Of a stretch of 64,000 nt of DNA, positions 21,208-31,995 are shown in pieces. The notes under the pieces were generated by a model, which was not told where the DNA came from, searched no databases, and saw nothing but the letters and a program-made list of their open reading frames with translations. The DNA lies in assembly GCA_037444125.1 (NCBI GenBank), contig JBBINA010000002.1, positions 6,272-70,271 on the forward strand, written 5' to 3'. The position numbers were made by a program, and so were the translations under genes. Source of the DNA: a bacterium. Lineage in GTDB: Bacteria > Patescibacteriota > Minisyncoccia > JBBINA01. The stretch's first letter is position 1, and every line of letters begins with the position of its first letter.

Positions 21208-23138
21208 TTTTCTAAATTTAATCGGTTAAGCTCTCGTCTTGCCTCAATATTATATTTATCTATCTTTAAAGATTCAATTAAATATTTCCGCGCCTCATTT
21301 AACTCGCCATTATTTCTATGTATTAACGCCAGAATATAATAAGCCTGCGACAGCTTTTCTATTAATTGAATGCTGGCGCTGCGAGCAACAATCATATCGC
21401 TAGGATAATAATCTAAAATACTCTTAATTACCCTTACGGCATCGTTTATCCTGTTATTTAGATAATAAAAAAACCCTAAATTGATATAATACTCGGGATT
21501 ATTATATTTATCAAGGGAAACGGCTTTTAAAAAATTATTCTCGGCGGAAACTAAATCTTTCTTTTCCATTAAAATTAATCCATTCAAGCTGTAAACCCTT
21601 GCATTATAAATATTATACCTCAAAGACCGAGAAACGAAATTCTCGGCTAATTCTAATCTTATGGAATCAGATGTCTGACGATAAATATTGTAATTAAGAA
21701 GGGCAAGCTGATAATTGTTTTCTTCATTATCAAAAAACCGAAGCGAATCGACAAAACTTCTTTCTGCTTGCTTAAACTGTTTAGTTTCAACATAAAATTT
21801 GCCCAACTCGAAGTAATGATGAAACCAATAACTTTTAAAAGCGCTTTTACCAAACCAAAAAATAATACCTAAACATATCAAAGTCGCTAAAATTAATTTT
21901 TTACCTGAAAACTTCAGGATATCCTTTTTAAATAAGTGCGTCAATAAACCTATATAAACCCCAAAAATAAAGAATAGACCAATGTAATGCCAAGAAACCT
22001 CAAACAACATATTCAATAAAAAAGAAAGGAAACCTAGAAAAACAAAATAAAAAAATTCGGAACACTTTTCCTGTCTAAGTTTTTTCGCTATTTTAAAAAC
22101 AAAAAGAACTGTAAATATTAAAAAAATTATACCTAGCAAACCAAGGTCAGATAGCATTTCAATAATTATATTATGCGGGTAAATAGAATATCCAACCGGG
22201 GAAACCTGATAAAATGGCAAAATTATTTTGTAAGTTCCCGGTCCTGTACCTTTTAAAATATTATCTTGAAAAATACGCCAACCTTCCACGATAAACTCAA
22301 CTCGCCCGCGCAAAGACAAGGTATAATTAAATTTAAAGCGGCCCAAAATATTCTCATACAAATTTGTGTACTGAAGAGAAATTAAAAAAAGAAAAATAAA
22401 TACAAAAAACATAAATAAAGGCAAAAGGCTTGGCATTTTTTTACGGCGCTTTAAAAAATAAGAAACTCGATTATTTATAAGTCTATCTTTAAACAAAAGC
22501 GCAAAAATCACGCTAGCTAAAAAAAAGCTAAGCAAACCCCCTCGTGATAATGTTAAAAGAAAAGCGCTAATAAAAATAACTAACTGAAAATTCCAAAAAA
22601 TATTATTTTTGGCTTTTTGTTTTAAATAATAAGAGATTGGCAGTATTAACAACAAAAACGAAGCCAAAACATTAGGATTATTAAAAACTGAACTAAAATG
22701 ATCTTTATCAATAAACAAATAATAATAATATCCAATAACCACCACCACTAAACCTAAGAAAACAAAATATTTAAGTATATTAATGATAGTTTTACTAGTA
22801 AGGTCAAAAGAGTGTATGATAAAAACCACCGCAAGAAAGACGCTGATGTAAAAAAAACTTCGTAGTGATTCAAACCTATTCACAGAAAATTCAACTGCCA
22901 TCAAATAAACAGCAACAATAATCGCTAAAATAATTAAAAATGTCTTATTGTAAGTTAACTTCTTGGAAATAACCAAATTTCTTAAAAACAAAAATGCTAA
23001 TAACGCAGCTAAAATAAGACTAAAACTTTCAGTAAAATAATAAGCCGCTTGCCGCGCAAAAATTACTGTAATACCAATAAGCAGGCAAACAAAAAAAACA
23101 CTAAGATTTTTATAAATGAATTTATCTCTTAACTCCAT
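21198..23138 (-). CDS. O-antigen ligase-like membrane protein with C-terminal TPR repeats
   Basis: NPNVLASFL, TLSRGG, GTGPGT, PHNIIIEMLSDLG; TPR-like tail. Confidence 0.85.
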   Translation of the reverse strand: MELRDKFIYKNLSVFFVCLLIGITVIFARQAAYYFTESFSLILAALLAFLFLRNLVISKKLTYNKTFLIILAIIVAVYLMAVEFSVNRFESLRSFFYISVFLAVVFIIHSFDLTSKTIINILKYFVFLGLVVVVIGYYYYLFIDKDHFSSVFNNPNVLASFLLLILPISYYLKQKAKNNIFWNFQLVIFISAFLLTLSRGGLLSFFLASVIFALLFKDRLINNRVSYFLKRRKKMPSLLPLFMFFVFIFLFLISLQYTNLYENILGRFKFNYTLSLRGRVEFIVEGWRIFQDNILKGTGPGTYKIILPFYQVSPVGYSIYPHNIIIEMLSDLGLLGIIFLIFTVLFVFKIAKKLRQEKCSEFFYFVFLGFLSFLLNMLFEVSWHYIGLFFIFGVYIGLLTHLFKKDILKFSGKKLILATLICLGIIFWFGKSAFKSYWFHHYFELGKFYVETKQFKQAERSFVDSLRFFDNEENNYQLALLNYNIYRQTSDSIRLELAENFVSRSLRYNIYNARVYSLNGLILMEKKDLVSAENNFLKAVSLDKYNNPEYYINLGFFYYLNNRINDAVRVIKSILDYYPSDMIVARSASIQLIEKLSQAYYILALIHRNNGELNEARKYLIESLKIDKYNIEARRELNRLNLEKGL

Positions 23139-23176
23139 TTGAACATATTATATCACTACAAAAAAAATTTATATAT

Positions 23177-23197
23177 AAAAAAACGCCTCAGAGGCGT
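23177..23197 (-). terminator. intrinsic terminator after 16S
   Basis: ACGCCTC-T-GAGGCGT followed by a T run on the minus strand. Confidence 0.7.
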
Positions 23198-23347
23198 ATA
23201 TTTTTTACTACTAATTAAACTAACTATATATTTTTTATACGCATTTTAAGTTCCACGACGAAGCAGATTTTTATAGATAATCTGCAAAATCTTTGAACAA
23301 TTTTATCAATTGTTCAAGTCGACGCTTCAAACACATAAAACGTGTTT

Positions 23348-24854
23348 GAAAGGAGGTGATCCATCGCCAGCTTCCGCTAGCGATGCCTTGTTACGACTTA
23401 TCCCCTATCACCGGGCCCACCATCATCCCGCAGAAAACGGTCTTTCCGGTGTTCCCAGCTCTCTTGGATTGACGGGCGGTGAGTACAAAGCTCGAGAACG
23501 TATTCACCGCGGCATTCTGATCCGCGATTACTAGCGATTCCAGCTTCATGAGGTCGAGTTGCAGACCTCAATCCGAACTAAGGAATGTTTTTTGGGATTA
23601 GCTCCGCCTCACGACTTCGCAGCCCTTTGTACATTCCATTGTATCGCCTGTGCAGCCCAGGTCATAAGGGCCATGCGGATTTGACGTCATCCCCTCCTTC
23701 CTCCTGGTTAACCCAGGCAGTCTCCCTAGACATCTAAAACTAAGGATGGGGGTTGCGCTCGTTACCCGACTTAACGGAACACCTCAAGGCACGAGCTGAC
23801 GACAACCATGCAACACCTCGCCATGATGTCCTTGCGGAAATCTAACTTTCGTCAGATTATCACCATGACATTCCAGACCTGGTAAGGTTTATCGGTTACC
23901 GTCGAATTAAGCCAGACGATCCACCGCTTGTGCGAGCTCCCGTCTATTCCTTTGAGTTTCGGCCTTGCGGCTGTACTACCCAGGCGGGAGACTTAACGCG
24001 TTAGCTTCGCCGCTGAAAGGGTCGACACTTCCAACGACTAGTCTCCATGGTTTAGGGCGTGGAATACAAGGGTATCTAATCCTTTTTTATGCCCACGCTT
24101 TCGTCCATGACTGTCAGGTGGCACCTAGTGAGTTGTTTTCACCTTTGGCGTTCCCCTGGGTATCAACGGATTTCACCCCTACTCCCAGAGTTCCACTCAC
24201 CCCTTTGCCCCTCTAGAAATACCGTTTGAGAAGCAGCTTAAAACTAAAGTCTTAAGATTTAACTCCTCACAAGTATTTCCAGCTGCGGACGCTTTACGCC
24301 CAGTAAATCCGGACAACGCTTGAGGTCTCTGTATTACCGCTGCTGCTGGCACAGAGTTAGCAACCTCTTATTCCTGAAGTACCGTCATTCCGAACTTGCG
24401 TTCGGAATTCTTCCCTCAGAAAAGCAGTTTACACCCCGAAGGGCTTCTTCCTGCACGCGGCGTCACTCGGTCACCCTTTCGGGCATTGCCGAATATTCTC
24501 GACTGCTGCGACCCGTAGGCCTCCGGGCAGTGTCTCAGTCCCGGTGTTGGGGAACAGCCTCTCAGCCCCCCTACCCGTCATAGGCTTGGTGAGCCGTTAC
24601 CTCACCAACTACCTGATAGGCCGCAGGCCCCTCTTGAAGCGGATTGCTCCTTTAATGAAAACCGGAATTAACCGATTCTCATACCATCTTGTATTAGCCC
24701 CAGTTTCCCGGGGTTATTCAAAACTTCAAGGTAGGTACCTACGTGTTACTAACCCGTTCGCCACTATGCGCGCTCAACACGCGCATCGTACGACTTGCAT
24801 GCCTTATCCACGCCGCCAGCGTTCGTCCTGAGCCAGGATCAAACTCTCTTATAA
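23348..24854 (-). rRNA. rrs: 16S rRNA (ends approximate)
   Basis: AGAGTTTGATCCTGGCTCAG at the 5' end, AAGTCGTAACAAGG and GATCACCTCCTT at the 3' end; flanks pair (TTTTAAGTTCCAC at about 23243 / GTGGAACTTAAAA at about 24877). Confidence 0.98.
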
Positions 24855-24908
24855 AAGTAGCATAAATATTCGTCTGTGGAACTTAAAATAAGTATAAACT
24901 AGCCAAAT

Positions 24909-24959
24909 TTCAAAAGAACTTTTATTTAAAAGTATAAATTATCTTACCTTTCGTGTCAA
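24909..24959 (-). promoter_or_regulatory. 16S promoter and boxA-like antitermination site
   Basis: TTGACA-17 nt-TATACT (24931-24959), then GTTCTTTTGAA. Confidence 0.7.
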
Positions 24960-24965
24960 TAGAGT

Positions 24966-26810
24966 TTAGGAACTCAAAAGACCTTCAAACATCTTAATAA
25001 GAATTTCAGCGGCTTCTTTTTCAATGGCGTTTTTCTTTTGGTATTTTTTGATGAGATTAATGGAGCTTTTTATTTGTTGGTTTATTATGGATTTAACGGC
25101 ACGAGTAAAAGTTTGGGTGGAGCGCAAAATTTCAATAGAACGAACCTTAGCCAAAAGCTGGTTTTTCAAAATTTGGCCATCCGCATTATGCCTAATTCTA
25201 CCAAGTTCATAAAATCTATTGACCGCAAATAGAATATTTTCGGGAGTTATTTTCTGCTCAACTTCACTTAAGGGTTCATTAGAATTATTAGTATTAAGAT
25301 TAAATGAATAGATTAATTTCTCTGTTTCTGATTCAAAACCGCTTATTTCCTTAAAGATATTAAGATTATCGCCAAGTAGCTGTATACCTAAATGAAACTC
25401 GCCTTCAGCTAAACCTTCAAGTTCAATTTGATATTTGCCTTGAATGGGGTTAGGTATAAAAATCATTTTGGGACCTAAAGGATCGGGCGTCTTATTGAAT
25501 TCAGCGTAAGGAATATCTATTTGATTTTCGGAAACAATATTGCCATTAGGATCCCTGATTTTGATGGTAACAGGCGAGCCAACCATCACAATCATTTCCT
25601 CGGCAAATTCCGGATATTGTGAAGAAATTTCAGCTAAATTAAGTTCTAAAATAGAGAATATATCAGAAATAGCATCATAGGGTAAATTACCATGACTGGA
25701 GGATTTAATAATCTCGCGATAATTTAATGGCAAGCCGCCAAACTGGGCATAGGCTTTTTTAATTAAATAATTAAAAAATCTTGCCAAGAGATTTTCTGAT
25801 CTGATAATTCCAAAACTACCTCCACCACTAAAACCAAAATTAAACAAAGCACTGAAAAGAAGGACTCGATTATCACCTAGCTCATCGTTTCTTTGAGGGT
25901 CTAATGGTTCGGGTTTGCCATCTATCCATAAAGGCGCTTCATTTTCATTGCGGGCTATTGTTGGGATATAATTTACTGTATAAAAACCTTCGCCGGCAAT
26001 TACTATTATTTCGCCTACTCTTTCGAATAATTTACTGATGTTTTCTTGGGTGTTTAAAGCCTGTAAAAAAATATTTTGCTCCTGCATCAAATCAAAAGGT
26101 TTAATTTCGCCGGTGGCTTTATCCTGAATATAATCATATACGGGCAACATTTCTCTAATTGAAGGGACATCCTGATGGATAACTTGGTATGAAGTACGAG
26201 CATCTTTATTGAGCCAGTTGAGGTATCTAATGTAATTTTCTATTATAAATTGCTGCCCCTTATCCCAATTCTTTGGCACATAACCGCCCTCCCAAAGAGT
26301 ATAAAGGTCTGATGAGCCGTAATTAGGAGTTCCCAACATTATGAACTTATCAATATCATTTTCATAGTGATTGGAAATAATATACGCGCGCGTCACGAGT
26401 CCCCCCATTGAATGGGCAATGATATTGACCTTGTTTTTACCAGAAACTTGTTTAGCTTTAGTAATAGTCTCTTTAAGATAGTTTAATGCTGAATTAAAAT
26501 TTTCTTTTCGCCAGTCATAAAAAGCAATAAAGAAATCCTTATTTTTTTCATAGCCAGCGTTTTCTAATGATTTAACCAAGCCATCATATACATGTGTAAA
26601 GGGCGTAAAGTTCCAGGAATCGCCAAAGATTTTGCCAACCATTACATCCCAGTTCCAGGAACCACCAATACCAGGAACAATAACTATGGGGTAAAATGGC
26701 AGTTCCTGAGCTAAAAGAAAAAATCTTATTACGACCAAACAAAAAAAGAGGATTAACCCTCCAAAAAAAATTCTTTTAGTATTCATCATCGTCATATTTA
26801 ATTTTAGCAA
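24966..26810 (-). CDS. exported alpha/beta-hydrolase (LCAT/PGAP1-like lipase/acyltransferase)
   Basis: Signal/TM; PIVIVPGIGGS, FYDWRK, AHSMGG, LGTPNYGS, GDNRV. Confidence 0.85.
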   Translation of the reverse strand: MLKLNMTMMNTKRIFFGGLILFFCLVVIRFFLLAQELPFYPIVIVPGIGGSWNWDVMVGKIFGDSWNFTPFTHVYDGLVKSLENAGYEKNKDFFIAFYDWRKENFNSALNYLKETITKAKQVSGKNKVNIIAHSMGGLVTRAYIISNHYENDIDKFIMLGTPNYGSSDLYTLWEGGYVPKNWDKGQQFIIENYIRYLNWLNKDARTSYQVIHQDVPSIREMLPVYDYIQDKATGEIKPFDLMQEQNIFLQALNTQENISKLFERVGEIIVIAGEGFYTVNYIPTIARNENEAPLWIDGKPEPLDPQRNDELGDNRVLLFSALFNFGFSGGGSFGIIRSENLLARFFNYLIKKAYAQFGGLPLNYREIIKSSSHGNLPYDAISDIFSILELNLAEISSQYPEFAEEMIVMVGSPVTIKIRDPNGNIVSENQIDIPYAEFNKTPDPLGPKMIFIPNPIQGKYQIELEGLAEGEFHLGIQLLGDNLNIFKEISGFESETEKLIYSFNLNTNNSNEPLSEVEQKITPENILFAVNRFYELGRIRHNADGQILKNQLLAKVRSIEILRSTQTFTRAVKSIINQQIKSSINLIKKYQKKNAIEKEAAEILIKMFEGLLSS

Positions 26811-26827
26811 ATATTACTTAATATAAT

Positions 26828-27266
26828 TTACAAAGTTTCTGTAAGTTTTCCAAGTCCCCAGGCTACTAAGTATCCCCAAGTCACAAGAAGAATGATGAAC
26901 AAAATTATAGAAATTTATAGAAATTATAGAGAGAAGAAAAAGATATTAGAAATCTTTTTTTGTAAATCTATTATACTTTATTTTTGCAATTAGAAATGGC
27001 GATATAGTTAAAAGTATACTTATAAATAGCTCAGTATATATCATTCCATCATCAAATATTCCAACGTAAGTATAATTATTAACCCGATCAACCAACTCTA
27101 CATAAATAAACCAAATTAACGCTCCTACAGCTCCGGACAATATATAACCCACCACAATATGCCTCCATAAAACAGGCTTAAACCTACGCCAAATAATCAA
27201 GAACGGCAAAATAACCAAAAAAACAGAAACCGTTGTAAATAGATACTGAAAAACCTTGGGCGACAA
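26828..27266 (-). pseudogene. frameshifted small multi-TM protein (paralog of 27490-27909)
   Basis: One A missing in an A-run truncates it at 106 aa; homologous tail WGYLVAWGLGKLTETL* is readable to 26828; 10-nt slippage repeat near 26900-26930. Confidence 0.75.
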
Positions 27267-27489
27267 GTAAATAAATTAAATATAACCTTTAACTTGAATT
27301 TATAATTACTCAAATAATAATCAACAATCAATAATCACTCAATAATTACTCTTTTACAACAACTATACAGTACCAAAACTATTTTGCAAGGGAAAATATT
27401 TTTGGAGGCCGGACCTCCAAAAATCAGAAAAAAAGAGGATTAACCCTACCAGAGAAATTATTTTATTTTTATAAAAAGTCTTTATTATA

Positions 27490-27909
27490 TTATAAATCTC
27501 CCGTCAATTTACCCAAACCCCAAGCAAACAAATATCCCCAAATAATAGCTGATAAAACAAAAACAAAAATTGAAATAAATAACGAGATAAAAAATCTTTT
27601 TTTTGTGAATTTTCCATAAATTAGTTTTGTTACAAAAAATGAAGAAATAATAAACAAAAAATTACTCCATATATAGGCATAGCTTACCCCCTCTAAAAGT
27701 GCGTAGGAATAATCAATATCTCTAATTTTGTTATCTAGAAATACAAATATATACCAAATAGTAACTCCACAAAAGATCGTTATCCCACATCCTGCCACAA
27801 TATGCCTCCATAAAACAGGCTTAAACCTACGCCAAATAATCAAGAACGGCAAAATAACCAAAAAAACAGAAACCGTTGTAAATAGATACTGAAAAACCTT
27901 GGGCGACAA
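27490..27909 (-). CDS. small 4-TM membrane protein, unknown function
   Basis: 139 aa, four hydrophobic segments, TTG start. Confidence 0.7.
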   Translation of the reverse strand: MSPKVFQYLFTTVSVFLVILPFLIIWRRFKPVLWRHIVAGCGITIFCGVTIWYIFVFLDNKIRDIDYSYALLEGVSYAYIWSNFLFIISSFFVTKLIYGKFTKKRFFISLFISIFVFVLSAIIWGYLFAWGLGKLTGDL

Positions 27910-28040
27910 GTAAATAAATTAAATATAACCTTTAACTTGAATTTATAATTACTCAAATAATAATCAACAATCAATAATCACTCAATAATTACTCTTTTAC
28001 AACAACTATACAGTACCAAAACTATTTTGCAAGGGAAAAT

Positions 28041-28067
28041 ATTTTTGGAGGCCGGACCTCCAAAAAT
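28041..28067. terminator. palindrome ATTTTTGGAGG-CCGGA-CCTCCAAAAAT (second copy 27398-27424)
   Basis: 11-bp perfect arms directly after the M23 gene stop. Confidence 0.6.
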
Positions 28068-28070
28068 TAA

Positions 28071-29363
28071 CTACAAATACCATAAGGGATTAACTGTTCC
28101 TTCAGGATTATATCCTGGCCATCTCTTATCTGTAATGTAAAATTCTGTATAAACTGAAAAGTGTAAATGTGGCGCAGTAGAATTTCCGCTTGAACCTTGA
28201 TAACCGACTACACTATCAACAGTAACCATTGAGCCAATCTCTAATGAGCTTGGTTGCATTAGGTGAGCGTATAAAGTAACCATTTTATTGGCATGTTCTA
28301 TTGCCACCCAGTTACCCCAACCGCCTTGACAACCGTAATCTTTAAAATTAGGGCAAGCAGTAGAATTCTTGCCAATAACTTTTCCTTCGGCAGCAGCATA
28401 TACTTTTGTCCCAAAATCACCTGCTATATCAATACCGTTATGAATAGCGCCTCCATAATAACCTTTTCGCGAAAATTCTGTTGAACCATATCTTTGAGTC
28501 AAAACAGCTCCATCAATTGGATATCTAAATAATTTTGTCCCCTGTGGTGGCCGTATATTAGTAACAGAATAAAATTTAAAATTTCTTAATCTTTTGGTCT
28601 CTTCTTCATAACGCACAATCTCGTTCATAATTTTTATCCGTTCCTTCTCTACTTCGCTTAATAGACTTTGATATCTTTTCTCTTCACCTTTAGTTTGCTG
28701 CAGAATAATAGCTTGCTGTTGTTTTTGCAAAGACAAGGCAAATTTTTTGCTTTCTTTTTCTGATTTAAAATTACTAAGCTCATATTTAGCTGTCTCAAGG
28801 GCAAGTTTTTCGCTTCTTAAATTGTCTTTTAATGATTTAAGATATCGAGCATTAAGAATTAAAGCGCTGTTGATTTTAGTAAATTGGTCTATTTTATTTG
28901 TAAATTCAGAAAGGCTTATTGAAGAAAATATAAAATAGATCAGTGGTTTTTTAAAATCATTAAGCTGATTTAATATTTTCTCGATTAGAAAAGTAGTATT
29001 TTTTATTTTTTTAGCAGTATCTTCGATAAATATATTTTTACGTTCTATCTCAAGCGCTTTTTGCTCAATATTTAACTCCAGAATTTCAATATCGTTCTCA
29101 AGCTTATTAATATTATAATTAAGATATTCTATCTCGTTTTGTAGGTTTTTTGCTTGATATTTCTTTTCTAAAATTTTCTCGCTTAACTCCTTCCGTCTAA
29201 CCTCATATCCCTGAAGTTTTTGATTCAACTCGCCAATTTTATTTTGAATCTCCTCTAAAGTCAAACCAAAACAAACAATCGGCGCCATAAAAAAAAGGAC
29301 TAAAACATAAAAAAAAGTCTTTTTAACCTTGCTTATTTGAAATTCAAATATATTACAAATCAC
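28071..29363 (-). CDS. coiled-coil M23 peptidase (EnvC-like architecture)
   Basis: Signal peptide, long coiled coil, HNGID and HLHF zinc motifs. Confidence 0.9.
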   Translation of the reverse strand: MICNIFEFQISKVKKTFFYVLVLFFMAPIVCFGLTLEEIQNKIGELNQKLQGYEVRRKELSEKILEKKYQAKNLQNEIEYLNYNINKLENDIEILELNIEQKALEIERKNIFIEDTAKKIKNTTFLIEKILNQLNDFKKPLIYFIFSSISLSEFTNKIDQFTKINSALILNARYLKSLKDNLRSEKLALETAKYELSNFKSEKESKKFALSLQKQQQAIILQQTKGEEKRYQSLLSEVEKERIKIMNEIVRYEEETKRLRNFKFYSVTNIRPPQGTKLFRYPIDGAVLTQRYGSTEFSRKGYYGGAIHNGIDIAGDFGTKVYAAAEGKVIGKNSTACPNFKDYGCQGGWGNWVAIEHANKMVTLYAHLMQPSSLEIGSMVTVDSVVGYQGSSGNSTAPHLHFSVYTEFYITDKRWPGYNPEGTVNPLWYL

Positions 29364-29379
29364 TAATTTAATTAGGAGC

Positions 29380-30783
29380 TTAAGTTATTAATATAGCTAG
29401 CGCCTTATCAATCCTAGATAGCGATTCGTCCTTACCTAATACATAAACAATTTCAAAAGGGCTAGCGCTTGTTTTCAACCCTGATAACGCCACTCTTAAT
29501 GGCCAAAGCAATCTGCCCCTATCACCATCAAAAATACCGGCTTCTCTTAAAAAAACCTCTTTTAATTTATCACGATTATCGCTTTCAGTATTGCTCAATT
29601 TATTTATTAGCTCTTTTGCATACAAGAGGGCGCGTTTGACATCATTAAAATCCATTTCTTTCCATAAAAGCAAATCTCTAGAATAATGAGGAACTCTAAA
29701 AAGATAATGTGAATTTTTAACTATATCTACAATCGTATTAGCTCGCTCCCTTTCTATTTCAATGACTCTCGCCAAAAATGCCAAATCAAACTTAGAACCA
29801 TATTCTTTTACAAAACTTTCTCTGGTTAAATCTATTAATTCCTCTAAATTCTTTTTCCTTATATAATTACGATTAAACCACAATAATTTATCTAAATTAA
29901 ATATGGCTCCTTTCTTCTGTACATCTTTTAGAATAAATTCTCGTTCTAACTCTTGAAGCGAAAAGATTTCTCTATCATTTTTAGGATTCCAGCCTAAAAA
30001 GACCAAAAAATTAATGATAGCCTCGGGCAAAAATCCTTTTTGTTTATAAATATGCAATGCAGTATCGCCATGTCTTTTGGACATCTTTGAATAGTCTTTA
30101 CCTAAAATCAAAGGCAAATGTGCATATAAGGGTAATTTCTCAACCTTAAAGGCTTCGTATAAAAGAATTTGTTTGGGGGTATTACTTATATGGTCTTCTC
30201 CTCTTATTATATGTGAAATTTTCATTTGCCAATCATCTATCATTGCGGCAAAATTGTAAAGCGGCTCTTTCAATGATCGCGCAATAGCAAAATCACCTAA
30301 AGTCTCTGTATTTACAGTTATTCTTCCCCTTATAATATCATTAAAAACAATATCACGACCTCTTGGAGTTTTAAATCTAATAATAAAACGGTCATTAAAC
30401 CTTGGCTTTTCTCCACATTTATCTCTCAACGAACAAAAATGAGGCCCGCTAAAACCATCATCGGCAGCTCTTTTTTGGTGATTGCAATAAAAAGCTTTGC
30501 CTTCCTCTAATAGTTGTTCAAGGAATTTTCTGTATATTTCTTTTCTTTGCGACTGATAAAATATTTTGTCCCATTTTAAACCTAACCATTCCAAGCTATC
30601 TTTAATGTCTTGTTCGAATTCTTTTTTTGACCGCACTAAATCGGTGTCCTCAATCCTTAAAATAAACTGGCCATTATTTTTCTTGGCAAAAAGATAATTA
30701 AACAAGGCGGTTCGAGCGCCACCTAAATGCAAAAAACCGGTTGGCGAAGGAGCAAAACGTACTACCACTTTTGAATGTCGCAT
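29380..30783 (-). CDS. gltX: glutamate-tRNA ligase
   Basis: RFAPSPTGFLHLGG, IRGEDH, KMSKR. Confidence 0.97.
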   Translation of the reverse strand: MRHSKVVVRFAPSPTGFLHLGGARTALFNYLFAKKNNGQFILRIEDTDLVRSKKEFEQDIKDSLEWLGLKWDKIFYQSQRKEIYRKFLEQLLEEGKAFYCNHQKRAADDGFSGPHFCSLRDKCGEKPRFNDRFIIRFKTPRGRDIVFNDIIRGRITVNTETLGDFAIARSLKEPLYNFAAMIDDWQMKISHIIRGEDHISNTPKQILLYEAFKVEKLPLYAHLPLILGKDYSKMSKRHGDTALHIYKQKGFLPEAIINFLVFLGWNPKNDREIFSLQELEREFILKDVQKKGAIFNLDKLLWFNRNYIRKKNLEELIDLTRESFVKEYGSKFDLAFLARVIEIERERANTIVDIVKNSHYLFRVPHYSRDLLLWKEMDFNDVKRALLYAKELINKLSNTESDNRDKLKEVFLREAGIFDGDRGRLLWPLRVALSGLKTSASPFEIVYVLGKDESLSRIDKALAILIT

Positions 30784-30829
30784 AATTAAAAAGATGTGGA
30801 TAGTTAACTTCTTCTAATTATATCATAAC

Positions 30830-31963
30830 TTAACTTCTTATAAGAAGGTTCATGCCATTTTCCTCAGGGTCAGGACCTAAGCACCTTAAACCCAACCCAA
30901 CACTATCAAAAAATGCCGCAGGCGTTTCAATTAAGCTCTTCCGCAATTTAGAATCTAAAGACAGACTGGAAGTATCAATATTGTTAATTTCAAAAGGATC
31001 CGGAACAACAGCTTTAACCTGATAATTCGATTCAAAATATTCTTTTAATCCCTTTACAGACGCAAATTTGCCAATCAAAAATATTTCATTAATTTTGTTT
31101 TTGTGGCTACCACTAATAGAACTATAATAATGCAACAAGCGGCTAGTTTCAGTGCGTACATTTTCAATAAAATCAACTAAATTTTTCTGAATTTGTAGAT
31201 TCTCAATTTGTCTTTGAGATTTTTGCTCAATACCATCTGTTAAAAATGTACTAATAATATATTCTTTATTCAAATTAGAAATCTTGCCAATATGATTTAT
31301 AGTATTAATTATTTTTTCTTTTAGACGATGAGTAACTAAAATCTTTCCCTTTTGAATAATGGCTATAACCACATAAGAAAAATCCATAATTATTAACAGA
31401 TAATTCTTGTCTATATGTATTATGGGCCTTAAGGCTCTATTTATTTCTTCTATAATTATAGGTAAAACTATCTTAGCCACCCCAAGATTATTGAAAGCGC
31501 CAATAATATTCTGTGCCTGATGTTTTGGCACCGCCGCCACCGATAATTCAATCATATCTTTTTCCTCATCTATATTATAATCATATAAAAGCTCGCTAAT
31601 CCTAAAAGGGAAATGTTTAGACAGTTCAACGGTTAAGAATTCGTTAATGTTTTTTTTCTTAAAAAAAGCGCTATCATATTTAATCAAATCTTGTAAAACA
31701 GGCAATTCCGGAACTAAAAGCACAACATTACGATCCACAAAGTTAAACCGCTTGATAAATTGCATAAAATCATAAGACAAAGCTGTCTTTTCAAAATTAA
31801 AAGTTGGGTACTCAAAAAACTTGTAAATCAGTCTGTTCAAAATATAATGACTGCTGCCTTTTTTTGTCAAACTCATAACTTTCAATTCATGTTGGCTTAA
31901 AACCAAAGGTACAATACTAGGCAGAGCCTGTTTAAATAAAAATAATCTTAAATTTTCAAACAT
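30830..31963 (-). CDS. PilM-like pilus assembly protein (divergent actin fold)
   Basis: PFRISELLYDY, EIFLIGKFASVKGLKEYF, DPF, VGLGLR; last gene of the pilus cluster. Confidence 0.65.
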   Translation of the reverse strand: MFENLRLFLFKQALPSIVPLVLSQHELKVMSLTKKGSSHYILNRLIYKFFEYPTFNFEKTALSYDFMQFIKRFNFVDRNVVLLVPELPVLQDLIKYDSAFFKKKNINEFLTVELSKHFPFRISELLYDYNIDEEKDMIELSVAAVPKHQAQNIIGAFNNLGVAKIVLPIIIEEINRALRPIIHIDKNYLLIIMDFSYVVIAIIQKGKILVTHRLKEKIINTINHIGKISNLNKEYIISTFLTDGIEQKSQRQIENLQIQKNLVDFIENVRTETSRLLHYYSSISGSHKNKINEIFLIGKFASVKGLKEYFESNYQVKAVVPDPFEINNIDTSSLSLDSKLRKSLIETPAAFFDSVGLGLRCLGPDPEENGMNLLIRS

Positions 31964-31995
31964 ACAAAGCGACCTTAACTTTATAAAATTAATGA

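Larger units (their letters stand above)
27152..28067. repeat. 273-bp direct repeat (27152-27424 and 27795-28067)
   Basis: Appears identical by eye at offset 643; covers a hairpin, the upstream region and the first 38 codons of both paralogs. Confidence 0.92.

Noticed and set aside
23310-24831. Short + strand ORFs
   Set aside because: Antisense to 16S rRNA.
27152-28067. DGR template/variable repeat pair
   Set aside because: The copies look identical rather than differing at adenines, and no reverse transcriptase is in the window.
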